Shown: one piece after another, positions 48,789-57,891 of the stretch
Layout of the letters: each line of letters opens with the position of its first letter
Numbering within the stretch: the first letter of the stretch is position 1
Source: Candidatus Sulfomarinibacteraceae bacterium
GTDB taxonomy: Bacteria > Acidobacteriota > Thermoanaerobaculia > Thermoanaerobaculales > Sulfomarinibacteraceae
Direction of reading: 5' to 3'
DNA length: 64,000 nucleotides
NCBI GenBank assembly: GCA_963796455.1
Contig: CAWCLO010000005.1
Location: 128,001-192,000, forward strand
The notes under the pieces: model-generated
What the model saw: only the letters and a program-made list of their open reading frames with translations
Databases searched by the model: none
Told to the model about the DNA's origin: nothing
Position numbers and translations under genes: made by a program

Positions 48789-49354
48789 GGATTGCTCTCT
48801 TCGTCCTCAAACAGTGGCAGGGTCGGTTCCAGCAGCGGGAGAAGCTTTTCGACGATCGTCGTACACCAGGCGTTGCGGTCGCTGCGGTCGAGTCGCAGGG
48901 GGCTCAAGCCTCGTGTGGCGATCATTCCCTCCAACAAGAGCTCCACCTGCTCCTGGAACCTGGGGTCGACGGCACGAACTCCGTCGTAGGAAGGCCGCTC
49001 GGTGATTGGCAGGTGAACCAGGACATCGTAGCTGGGCATCCAGTAGTCGAGGAAGTGCTCCCACCCCCGGACAGTGCCCGTCGCGTGGACCAGATAACAA
49101 TAATTGTCGAGCACCGAACGATCACAGAGAACCACGTCGTGCTCCGCGTCGGCCTCGAGCTCCCATGCAATCTGGGTGTGGAGAATCCACTCCTGGGCCG
49201 CCACCGTTGTCTCCTGATTGATCGGAAGAGGACAACGGCGCGCGATTTCACGCACCATTTCGAGATCGGCGTTCCGTCGTTTCAGGGCTGCCGCAAGCTC
49301 AAAACAAAGCGTCGTCTTGCCGACACCATGGCTACCGATGAGAGCGATTTTCAT
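48785..49354 (-). CDS. P-loop nucleotide kinase-like protein (AAA_28/NadR-like)
   Basis: MKIALIGSHGVGKTT, E.AR, CDRS.LD...Y, DGVR. Confidence 0.75.
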   Translation of the reverse strand: MKIALIGSHGVGKTTLCFELAAALKRRNADLEMVREIARRCPLPINQETTVAAQEWILHTQIAWELEADAEHDVVLCDRSVLDNYCYLVHATGTVRGWEHFLDYWMPSYDVLVHLPITERPSYDGVRAVDPRFQEQVELLLEGMIATRGLSPLRLDRSDRNAWCTTIVEKLLPLLEPTLPLFEDEESNP

Positions 49355-49386
49355 AGGCGATACATTTTAGACGAGAAAGGGGCGAA

Positions 49387-49508
49387 GGGCCATAAGCTAT
49401 GGGCTATGGGCTAGTAAGCTATGGGCTATAAGCTATGGGCTATAGGCCCTAAGCTCCAATTCTAATACCTATAGCCTATAGCGAATGGCGCATAGCCTAT
49501 TGCCTACT
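49387..49508. repeat. Inverted degenerate heptamer arrays (GG/AA)GCTAT x~9 / ATAGCCT-type x~5
   Basis: Left 49387-49457, right 49464-49508. Confidence 0.85.
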
Positions 49509-49540
49509 CGGCCTTGCGCTCAGCGTTGGCCGATTGTGTG

Positions 49541-50254
49541 TCAGCGACCCGCGGGTGCTCCGGTCGGGCGCAAGGCCCCGGGCAGCGCTTTGGCGGCTTC
49601 GAGCATCGCCTCGTGGATCGCGTCGGCCGAGTCGGACTCCACCAGACGACCGAGACGGGACGGGCTGCGAACGATCCACGCAAGACGAGAGAGCCACCGC
49701 AGGTGGAGCGCGTCGTTGCGGAGTGCAAGGAGAAAGAAGATGTTGGTCTTGCCCATGTCGGGAGAACCGAAAACCACGCCTTCGGGCGACCGGCCCATGG
49801 CGATGAACTGCTGCGGGAATTTGTCGGCCGCACGGCGGCGGGCATGGAGGAAAGCAACGCCCTCCGGAACAGCTGTCGGCACCAGGCGCTCGCGGGCCGC
49901 AAGTGCAGCTTCCAACCATGATTGGTCCTCGACCAGACCGAGTCCGGTCACATGCTCTGCCATGGCGTGGATGACCTCGGGCCGACTGCCGGCCTTGAGA
50001 TCCGGGATGATCTGGTCGACGGTGAAGATCTCTTCCATCGGGGCATCGATCACCTGATTCGGGGCCGTGCCCGAGGTCGCGACCGATTCCGAGGCGAGAG
50101 TATCCAGATACTCGTCGAGCAGGGCACGGCGGAATCGCCATTGGCCGCCGATCTTGACGCCCGGGATTTTGCCTTCGTGCGCGAGCCGAACGAGGGTCCT
50201 TTCGGCCAACTTGAGATACTCGGCGGCTTCCTTGGCTGTCAAATACGATTCCAT
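49541..50254 (-). CDS. Excisionase-type HTH fused to PTS EIIA (Ntr/Fru-type) domain
   Basis: YLT.KEAAEYL......[15 protein letters not shown]...PTA...GVA..HAR, HL..LSRL; RBS GGGAGG. Confidence 0.85.
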   Translation of the reverse strand: MESYLTAKEAAEYLKLAERTLVRLAHEGKIPGVKIGGQWRFRRALLDEYLDTLASESVATSGTAPNQVIDAPMEEIFTVDQIIPDLKAGSRPEVIHAMAEHVTGLGLVEDQSWLEAALAARERLVPTAVPEGVAFLHARRRAADKFPQQFIAMGRSPEGVVFGSPDMGKTNIFFLLALRNDALHLRWLSRLAWIVRSPSRLGRLVESDSADAIHEAMLEAAKALPGALRPTGAPAGR

Positions 50255-50579
50255 CGCTTGCCTCCCCATTGCCGACCGAATGCGGCTGTATCTGGCTGAA
50301 TACTCCTTTTTGGAGGGAATGTCAAGCAAAGACCGGGGCATCCGGGCTTTGAGATCTTTGGCGCACCTCAACGTCTCAGCTCCCCTTGCGTGCATTCACG
50401 CTGTGTGCTATCACGTATCTCCGTCCGGGAGTGAGGCCGACGCCGCAGATCACCCGGGAACGGTCGAGGAGGGTGTCCAGGAGCTGGCCGCCGACGCCGC
50501 GCTCGCAAAAAGGGTGTGGTGCCGGTCGCTTTGCTGTGAAACACTCTTTGAAATTGAAGACGACGAAAAGGGGACAATC

Positions 50580-50816
50580 ATGGATGTAGAAGCGAAGGTC
50601 AAAGAAATCATTGTGCAACAGCTCGGTGTCGACGCCGGCAAGGTGACCGCCGACGCATCGTTTGTGGACGACCTGGGTGCGGACTCGCTCGACGTTGTCG
50701 AGCTCGTCATGGCATTCGAAGAAGAGTTCAGCGTCGAGATTCCGGATGAAGCCGCCGAGAAGATCGCGACCGTCAAGGACGCCAACGAGTTTCTGAAGGC
50801 GAACCTGAGCAGCTGA
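50580..50816 (+). CDS. acpP: Acyl carrier protein
   Basis: 78 aa; [20 protein letters not shown]; true start ATG 50580. Confidence 0.97.
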   Translation: MDVEAKVKEIIVQQLGVDAGKVTADASFVDDLGADSLDVVELVMAFEEEFSVEIPDEAAEKIATVKDANEFLKANLSS

Positions 50817-52054
50817 TGGCTCGCCGCGTAGTCGTCACGGGTGTTGGGCTGCTCTCGCCCCTCGGGGTCGGGACGGAACCGACGTGGGACGGCCTCGTGG
50901 CCGGAAAGAGCGGCGTCTCGACCATCACCCGATTCGACACCACCGATTACCCGGTCCACATTGCCGCCGAGGTCGAGGGTTTCGAACCGACCGACTGGAT
51001 CGAGCACAAAGAGGTCAAGAAGTTTGACCTCTTCGTCCACTATGCGCTGGCAGCGAGCCAGATGGCCCTGCAACAGTCGGGGCTCGAAATCACCGATGAG
51101 AACGCGCCGCGGGTCGGCGTCGTGGTCGGTTCGGGCATCGGTGGATTCCCATTGATCGAGAAGCAACACAGTGTCCTTCTCAATCGGGGGCCGCGAAAGG
51201 TGTCGCCCTTCTTCATTCCCGGCGCCATCATCAACATGTGTTCGGGGCTCATCAGCATCAAGACAGGGGCCAAGGGCCCGAACATGGCGACCTGTACCGC
51301 CTGCTCCACCTCGGCGCACGCGATCGGGGACGCCTTGCTCTATATCCGCCACGGTTATGCCGACGCCATCCTCGCCGGTGGTTCGGAGGCGGTGATCACA
51401 CCGATGCCGGTGGCCGGTTTTTCTTCGATGCGTGCTCTTTCGACCCGTAATGACGAACCGGAGCGGGCCTCCCGACCCTGGGACAAGGACCGTGATGGAT
51501 TTGTCATGGGTGAGGGAGCCGGAATCGTGATGCTCGAAGAGATGGAACACGCCAAACGGCGTGGCGCGCCGATCCTGGCCGAGGTGCTGGGCTTTGGCAT
51601 GTCCTCGGACGCACATCATATTTCCGCTCCGTCAGAAGACGGCGATGGTGCGATTCGGGTGATTCGGTCGGCGCTCGAAGACGCCTCCTGCAACCCCGAG
51701 GATGTGGACTACATCAACGCGCACGGAACCTCGACGCCGGCTGGTGACATCGTCGAGACCATCGCGATGAAGGCCGTCTTTGGAGACCATGCCCGTAAGC
51801 TCATGGTGTCCTCCACCAAATCCATGTCCGGGCATCTTCTCGGTGCGGCGGGTGGATTCGAGTTCGGGGTCGTCGTGCAATCGTTGCTCAACGGTATCGT
51901 GCCGCCGACCATCAACCTCGACGAGCCGGATCCGGAAAATGACCTCGATTATGTGCCGCACACCGCCCGCGATGCCGATCTGAAGATCGCTCTGACCAAC
52001 AGCTTTGGATTTGGCGGCACCAACGCATGCCTGGTGGTAGGTAAGATCGACTGA
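50816..52054 (+). CDS. fabF: 3-oxoacyl-ACP synthase II
   Basis: RRVVVTG.G, TACST, NAHGTST, KSM.GHLLGAAG, NSFGFGGTN. Confidence 0.97.
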   Translation: MARRVVVTGVGLLSPLGVGTEPTWDGLVAGKSGVSTITRFDTTDYPVHIAAEVEGFEPTDWIEHKEVKKFDLFVHYALAASQMALQQSGLEITDENAPRVGVVVGSGIGGFPLIEKQHSVLLNRGPRKVSPFFIPGAIINMCSGLISIKTGAKGPNMATCTACSTSAHAIGDALLYIRHGYADAILAGGSEAVITPMPVAGFSSMRALSTRNDEPERASRPWDKDRDGFVMGEGAGIVMLEEMEHAKRRGAPILAEVLGFGMSSDAHHISAPSEDGDGAIRVIRSALEDASCNPEDVDYINAHGTSTPAGDIVETIAMKAVFGDHARKLMVSSTKSMSGHLLGAAGGFEFGVVVQSLLNGIVPPTINLDEPDPENDLDYVPHTARDADLKIALTNSFGFGGTNACLVVGKID

Positions 52055-52081
52055 CGATGAGCCAGCGATAAATCAGATAAA

Positions 52082-53899
52082 ATGAATTCCGGAAACCCAC
52101 TGGTCAAGGCCCTCGTTCGGTTCTCGGACCGCGTCGATTTTTACAATTTCGGGCGTTGGCTGGTGCTGGCCCTGTTGGTCGGGGTCGTTGCCGGTCTCGG
52201 GGGCACCCTGCTGACCTGGGGCGTCGACGGAATCAGTTCGGTCCTCCTTCACGGTGTGGTCGGTTTCGACGTACCGGGTCACGGTGCGACGGCTCACGAT
52301 GGATGGAGCCAACCCGAACGACCGTGGTATCTCCTGCTGATCCTTCCCGTTGCCGGTCTGATCGTTGGTTGGATCGTGCGGACATTCGCGCCCGAGGCCG
52401 AGGGGCACGGAACCGATGCCGTGATCAATGCCTATCACAAGGGCCGGGCCGTGCTCCGCAAAAGAGTGATTCCGGTCAAATTGATCACCTCCATGTTGAC
52501 CATCGGTTCGGGTGGATCGGCAGGTCGCGAGGGCCCGGTGGCTCAGATTGGTGCCGGATTCGGATCGTACCTGGCAGATCTCCTGCGACTCGGATACCAC
52601 GATCGGCGGGTGCTTGTGATCTCGGGCATGGCGGCCGGTATCGGCGGCATGTTCAGGGCGCCGCTCGGGGCCGCGCTCTTTGCGGTCGAGGTCCTGTACT
52701 CGGATCCTGATTTTGAATCCGAGGCGCTGATCCCGGCGATTATTTCGTCCATCGTGTCCTACGTCGTGGTTGCTTCCCTCACCGGTTGGCACTCCATCTT
52801 CGACACCGTGGATATTCGTTTTGCCCGGCCCCACGAGCTCGTCGCCTACCTGGTGCTCGGGATGGTGGTGGCGATCGTCGGAGTTATCTACGTCAAGGTT
52901 TTCTACGGCATGCGTGACAATGTCTTTGCACGCTTGCCGATCCCGGGCTGGACCAAACCCGCGGTCGGCGGCCTCTTGCTGGCACTGCTCGCGCTGGCGG
53001 TGCCGCAGGTGCTGGGCGGCGGTTACGGTTGGCTCCAGTTGACCATCGACGGAGAGCTCCCGTTGAAGATACTTCTCCTCCTTCTGCCGGCGAAGATCCT
53101 GGCGACCTCGTTTACGATTTCCTCCGGTGGTTCGGGAGGTGTCTTTGCACCCTCCCTGGTGATCGGCGGCGTCACCGGTGCGATCTTTGCCGTCCTCGTC
53201 GAGCGGGTTGCGCCTCAGTTCGCGCCTCAGTCCGCAGCCTGCGTGCTGGTGGGCATGGGTGGTTTTTTTGCCGGCGTTGCCAAGGTGCCCATCGCTTCCC
53301 TCATCATGGTCGCCGAAATGAGCGGGTCTTATGGCCTGCTGGTGCCGATGATGTTGGTCTCCTCGGTCGCCTACATGCTGATGCGTGGCGTCAGCATCTA
53401 CGAGGCGCAGGTTCCCGGACGGGTCGACTCGCCCGCCCACATCGGCGAATTCCAGGTCGACGTCCTCGAAAGGCTGACTGTGGCCGAGGTGATGGAGCCC
53501 GATCAGAGCGTGGTCTCGATCCACCCCGGAACCTCTTTCGAGCGCGTCCTCGAGATTGTCGGTGATGCCGATCAGGAGGCCTTTCCGGTTGTCGATGAAC
53601 ACGGCACGATCGAGGGCATGTTCAGCATCAACGACGTGCGCCGCGTGATGGCGACCCCCGAAGTGTGGCCGCTGCTGGTGGCTTCTGATCTCGGTGTGAC
53701 CGCCCGCGGTATGGCCTATCTCGAACCCGATGACGATCTCCACTCGGCGCTGCAGCGCTTCACCGCCTTCAAACGTGAGATTCTCCCGGTGGTCGATGGA
53801 CACCCTCCGGCGCCGGTGATCGGTATTCTCCGTCACCATCAGGTGATGGAGGCCTACGACCGCGAGATCAAGAAGCATCAGGAAGAGCACGGGGACTGA
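52082..53899 (+). CDS. ClC family chloride channel/antiporter with CBS pair
   Basis: GHGTD, GSAGREGP, GGSGGVFAP, SIY, C-terminal CBS domains. Confidence 0.93.
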   Translation: MNSGNPLVKALVRFSDRVDFYNFGRWLVLALLVGVVAGLGGTLLTWGVDGISSVLLHGVVGFDVPGHGATAHDGWSQPERPWYLLLILPVAGLIVGWIVRTFAPEAEGHGTDAVINAYHKGRAVLRKRVIPVKLITSMLTIGSGGSAGREGPVAQIGAGFGSYLADLLRLGYHDRRVLVISGMAAGIGGMFRAPLGAALFAVEVLYSDPDFESEALIPAIISSIVSYVVVASLTGWHSIFDTVDIRFARPHELVAYLVLGMVVAIVGVIYVKVFYGMRDNVFARLPIPGWTKPAVGGLLLALLALAVPQVLGGGYGWLQLTIDGELPLKILLLLLPAKILATSFTISSGGSGGVFAPSLVIGGVTGAIFAVLVERVAPQFAPQSAACVLVGMGGFFAGVAKVPIASLIMVAEMSGSYGLLVPMMLVSSVAYMLMRGVSIYEAQVPGRVDSPAHIGEFQVDVLERLTVAEVMEPDQSVVSIHPGTSFERVLEIVGDADQEAFPVVDEHGTIEGMFSINDVRRVMATPEVWPLLVASDLGVTARGMAYLEPDDDLHSALQRFTAFKREILPVVDGHPPAPVIGILRHHQVMEAYDREIKKHQEEHGD

Positions 53900-53912
53900 C
53901 GACCCACCCGCC

Positions 53913-54275
53913 CGATTCTCGAGGCTCGATACTCGATTCGCCCACCAATTCTTCGTTTTTGTCTCTGAGGCCGGATTTCAGCGGTTGTGACAGTTGGCAG
54001 CGACAGTGTCCAGCGTCAGCGATCAGCGGCGCCGATCAGCGGCGGCGATCAGGTGCAGTGACGGCGTGGCCACCTCCGGGTCGTTCAAGAAAAGGAACAG
54101 CCATTGTGGTGCAGGCGTCTCGCCTGCACACCGTGCGGCCGAGACGGCCGCACCACAAAAGCCACGGTCCAGAAGAAGAGCGCGCTGTTCGCTGGCGGTG
54201 TCGCTGTCCCTGAACGCTATCCGAGACCATGTCCTGGACAACGGCCTCCAGCATCCACCATCGAGTGTCGAGTAT
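53913..54275 (+). repeat. Composite intergenic element copy 3 (most complete) with outer heptamer arms, hexamer arms and REP-like doublet at 54104-54158
   Basis: Outer arms TCGATAC-type (53913-53940) / TCGAGTA-type (54248-54275); CAGCGA / TCGCTG hexamers; shared core 53990-54241. Confidence 0.85.
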
Positions 54276-54352
54276 GTGTGGGCGGCGAACGATCCGTTCG
54301 ATAGCGAGACCGTTCCAGGCTACGCCAATGGCTCACGGCCCACCGGCGAACC

Positions 54353-54390
54353 GCCCATAGCCCATAGCTCATAGCTTATCGCCCATAGCC
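54353..54390. repeat. Heptamer tandem repeat GCCCATA-type x5
   Basis: Same unit family as 49387-49508, with no nearby partner arm. Confidence 0.8.
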
Positions 54391-54468
54391 TGAGGCGCCG
54401 CGCAGTGCTAAACTACGCCCTGTGAATACCCATTCATTTTTCCCACAATTCAACGAAGGAGGCATGCC

Positions 54469-55248
54469 GTGAACTGTATCGTGTGCGTGGCCAGCGTTCC
54501 GGATACGGCGTCGGTCATCAAGGTTGGAGCGGACGGCAAGGGCATCGACTCGGCCGGAATCAAATGGATCGTCTCGCCCTATGACGAATACGCCCTCGAG
54601 GCAGCCCTGCTGCTCACCGAGGACAAGGGCGGCGAAGTCACCGTCGTTACCTATGGGCCGGATTCGGCCGAGGCGGCGCTGCGCGACTGCCTCGCTCGAG
54701 GTGCCCACCAGGCGGTGCATGTGCTCGGTGGCGAAGCGACTCTCGGCGACAGTCTCACCATCGCCAAGGTGCTCGCCGCGGTGATCAAGGATCGTGAATA
54801 CGACCTGGTGCTGTGCGGCATCAAGGGCGTCGGCACCGACTGCGGTCAGGTTGGGCAGATGCTTGCGGAATTGCTCGATCTCCCGCATGTGGCTGTCATC
54901 ACCGAGCTCGAGGTGGGCGACGGCACGCTCGTTGCGGTGCGCGAGGTCGAGGGCGGTAAAGAAAAGGTCGAAAGCCCGCTGCCGGCCCTGCTGACCTGCC
55001 AAAAAGGCCTCAACGAGCCCCGTTACGCTGCGCTCAAAGGGATCATGGCCGCCAAACGCAAACCGGTGGACAAGGTCGAAGTCTCCAGCCTCGGCATCGA
55101 GGAGGGGGCCGATCCGTTCTACATGGTCGAAACCTTCGAACTGCCGCCGGACAAGGCGGCGGGAACCATCATCCAGGGCGGGGACGACGCCGCAGCCGCG
55201 GCCGCCGAGCTCGTCAAACTGCTTCGCGAAGAAGCGAAGGCGATTTAG
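54469..55248 (+). CDS. etfB: Electron transfer flavoprotein beta subunit
   Basis: VPDT, PYDEYALE.A, G....GTDCGQVG, REVEGG, NEPRY..LKGIM.AK. Confidence 0.95.
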   Translation: MNCIVCVASVPDTASVIKVGADGKGIDSAGIKWIVSPYDEYALEAALLLTEDKGGEVTVVTYGPDSAEAALRDCLARGAHQAVHVLGGEATLGDSLTIAKVLAAVIKDREYDLVLCGIKGVGTDCGQVGQMLAELLDLPHVAVITELEVGDGTLVAVREVEGGKEKVESPLPALLTCQKGLNEPRYAALKGIMAAKRKPVDKVEVSSLGIEEGADPFYMVETFELPPDKAAGTIIQGGDDAAAAAAELVKLLREEAKAI

Positions 55249-55258
55249 GGAGGCGATG

Positions 55259-56213
55259 ATGGCTGGCATTCTCGTTTTTGTCGAACAACGTAATGGTGAA
55301 ATCAGAAAGGCCTCCCTGCAGGCGGTGTCGGAAGCCAAGCGCCAGGGTGGCCCCGTGACCGCGGTTCTGCCGGGTTCGGGCATCACTGACGCGGCTGCCG
55401 GGATCGGCGCCTTTGGTGCGGACAAGGTCTTCGTGGCCGACGACCCAAATCTCGGCTCTCTACTCGTCGGAAGGATATGCCGAGGCGGTGGTCAAAGCCA
55501 CTGAACTGAGCGAACCAATGGCGATCTTCTTTGCCGGTTCGGCCATGGGCAGCGATCTCGCGCCGCGGGTCGCGGCTCGGCTCGGTGTCGGTGGTTTGGC
55601 CGACGTCGTGGAGCTCAGCCTCGATGGTGATGCATTCAGCGCCAAGCGGCCGGTTTATTCGGGCAAGGCATTCTCGACCGTGACGACGGCCGGAAAGAGG
55701 CCCCAGGTCATCAGCCTTCGCCCCAACGTCTTTGCAGCAGAAGAAACGGGCGGTACGGCCGAGGTGGTGGCCCTCGATGGACTGTCGCTGTCGATCCGCG
55801 CCGTGGTCAAGGAGCTCATGTCGGCCGCCGGCGGTGAGCTCGACGTGGCCGAGGCGGACATCATCGTGTCGGGCGGACGCGGCATCAAGGGCCCGGAAAA
55901 CTTCGCCCTCATCAAAGAGCTCGCCGATGCTCTCGGCGGCGCGGTCGGCGCATCGCGTGCGGCGGTGGACGCGGGTTGGATCGAACACTCACACCAGGTC
56001 GGCCAGACCGGCAAGGTCGTGAGCCCCTCGCTGTATATCGCGGCCGGGATCTCCGGTGCGATCCAGCATCTTGCGGGAATGAGCTCTTCAAAGGTCATCG
56101 TCGCCATCAACAAGGACCCCGATGCGCCCATCTTCAAGGTTGCCGACTATGGCGTTGTCGGTGATCTTTTCGATGTGATCCCACCCATGGTGGAGGCCAT
56201 CAAGTCGCTGTAG
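55259..56213 (+). pseudogene. etfA: Electron transfer flavoprotein alpha subunit, split by a +1 frameshift
   Basis: ORFs 55256-55504 and 55413-56213 join (LALYSSEGY) if one G at 55454-55455 is removed; SGGRG, GASRAAVD, QVGQTG, GISGAIQH. Confidence 0.88.
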
Positions 56214-56236
56214 CGCGGCCCCCATTTCAAACTTAC

Positions 56237-56265
56237 AACGGCGGGCTTCGGCCCGCCGTTTTTTT
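56237..56265 (+). terminator. Intrinsic terminator after etfA
   Basis: AACGGCGGGC-TTCG-GCCCGCCGTT followed by a T run. Confidence 0.92.
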
Positions 56266-56502
56266 CTCGAATCAGGTAGATCCTGTCCCTGAAGTGCCAG
56301 TATCAACTCGGCGGATGTCGGTGATACACTCCCGCCCTGATCATAATGGCTGAGGATTTCCTGCACAGCCGGACCGAAAAAGCGTTAGCGCTTCGCCGCA
56401 ACGGACGGGTCCCACGTCAGTCCGGATGCGATGCTCGTCCTGCCGCTGGTCTATCCCGGCCCTGGAGTCCCCGTTGAGTTCCCAAATGGAAGGAGATTCC
56501 GC

Positions 56503-57876
56503 ATGGACGTCGTAGTGCTCGCGCGGCTGCAGTTTGCCGTGACCACGGTCTACCACTTTTTCTTTGTGCCGCTGACCCTCGGGTTGTCGCTCCTCGTGGC
56601 AATCATGGAGACGCAGTACGTCCGTACCGGCGACGAGACCTACAAGAAGATGACCAAGTTCTGGGGCAAGCTCTTCCTCATCAATTTTGCGATGGGGGTT
56701 GTCACCGGACTCGTGCAGGAGTTTCAATTCGGAATGAACTGGTCCGAGTATTCGCGATTCATGGGAGACATTTTTGGTGCTCCTCTCGCGATCGAGGCGC
56801 TGCTCGCCTTCTATCTCGAGTCGGTCTTCCTCGGGGTCTGGATTTTCGGGTGGGACAAATTGTCGAAGAGGGCTCATGCCACCGTGATGTGGATTGTCGC
56901 GATCGGCTCCAACTTGTCTGCACTGTGGATACTGGTCGCCAACTCATTCATGCAACAACCCGTGGGCTACGTGCTGCGCAACGGCCGCGCCGAGATGGAC
57001 GATTTCTTTGCTTTGCTCGGCAACGGTCATGTCTGGGTGCAATGGCCTCACGTTTTTGCTTCGGCTATGGCCACCGCAGGGTTTTTTGTTGTCGGTATCT
57101 CGGCCATTCACCTGCTTCGGGCAGACAACAACTCCGAGGTGTTCAAGCGCTCCTTCCGGCTCGGAATTCTCTATGCAACCATCGGTACGGTGCTCGTGAT
57201 CATGGTGGGCCACAGCCAGGCCCAATACATGACCAAGGTGCAGCCGATGAAGATGGCGGCCGCCGAAGCGTTGTGGCAAACAGAGGACCCGGCGGCGATG
57301 TCGATCTTCACGATCGGGAACGAGAGCGAACGGCGGGACGTCTTTGCGATCCGTGTTCCGGGGCTCCTGAGCTTTCTGGCACACAATTCGTTCAGCGGTG
57401 AGGTGCGGGGCATCAACGACCTCCAGGAGGAGTACGTCGGCCGTTATGGGCCGGGGGACTATGTTCCGCCGGTGGCCATCTCCTACTGGACCTTCCGTGC
57501 GATGGCGGGAGCGGGATTCGTCATGTTGCTTTTGTGCGTCTACGGTCTGTGGAAGTCATCGGGCCAACGGGTGGTTGATTCACCACGGTACCTCCGGCTC
57601 ATGATCTGGGCGATCGCGCTGCCGTACATCGCCAACTCCACCGGTTGGATATTTACCGAGATCGGTCGCCAGCCGTGGATCGTCTTCGGGTTGCAGAAGA
57701 CCGCCGACGCCGTCTCGCCGACGGTCGGCGTCGCGGAGGTGCTTTTCTCGCTGATTGCCTTCACGTTGGTCTACGCATTGTTGATGGTTGCCGACGTGGT
57801 TCTGCTCAAGAAATATGCCCAAGCTGGTGTTATCGGTTCTTCCCCGGACGAGCCGAAGACCGCAGCGGCCGGGTGA
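56503..57876 (+). CDS. cydA: Cytochrome bd quinol oxidase subunit I
   Basis: LARLQFA.T..YHFFFVP, QEFQFG.NW, QPMKMAAAE, EIGRQPW; RBS AAGGAG before ATG 56503. Confidence 0.96.
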   Translation: MDVVVLARLQFAVTTVYHFFFVPLTLGLSLLVAIMETQYVRTGDETYKKMTKFWGKLFLINFAMGVVTGLVQEFQFGMNWSEYSRFMGDIFGAPLAIEALLAFYLESVFLGVWIFGWDKLSKRAHATVMWIVAIGSNLSALWILVANSFMQQPVGYVLRNGRAEMDDFFALLGNGHVWVQWPHVFASAMATAGFFVVGISAIHLLRADNNSEVFKRSFRLGILYATIGTVLVIMVGHSQAQYMTKVQPMKMAAAEALWQTEDPAAMSIFTIGNESERRDVFAIRVPGLLSFLAHNSFSGEVRGINDLQEEYVGRYGPGDYVPPVAISYWTFRAMAGAGFVMLLLCVYGLWKSSGQRVVDSPRYLRLMIWAIALPYIANSTGWIFTEIGRQPWIVFGLQKTADAVSPTVGVAEVLFSLIAFTLVYALLMVADVVLLKKYAQAGVIGSSPDEPKTAAAG

Positions 57877-57891
57877 GGAAAGGAGCACATC

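Noticed and set aside
49541..50254. Excisionase HTH as evidence of a prophage or ICE
   Set aside because: It is fused to a PTS EIIA domain, a known chromosomal architecture; no integrase, att site or phage genes nearby.
50067..50579. 249 aa N-terminally extended ACP (similar extensions on cydD, ribH, rmlC and the 39000 ORF)
   Set aside because: The extensions overlap other genes or promoters; family similarity and RBS point to the downstream starts.
55440..55470. Programmed ribosomal frameshifting in etfA or the barrel gene
   Set aside because: No slippery heptamer or stimulatory structure; a single extra G explains each break.
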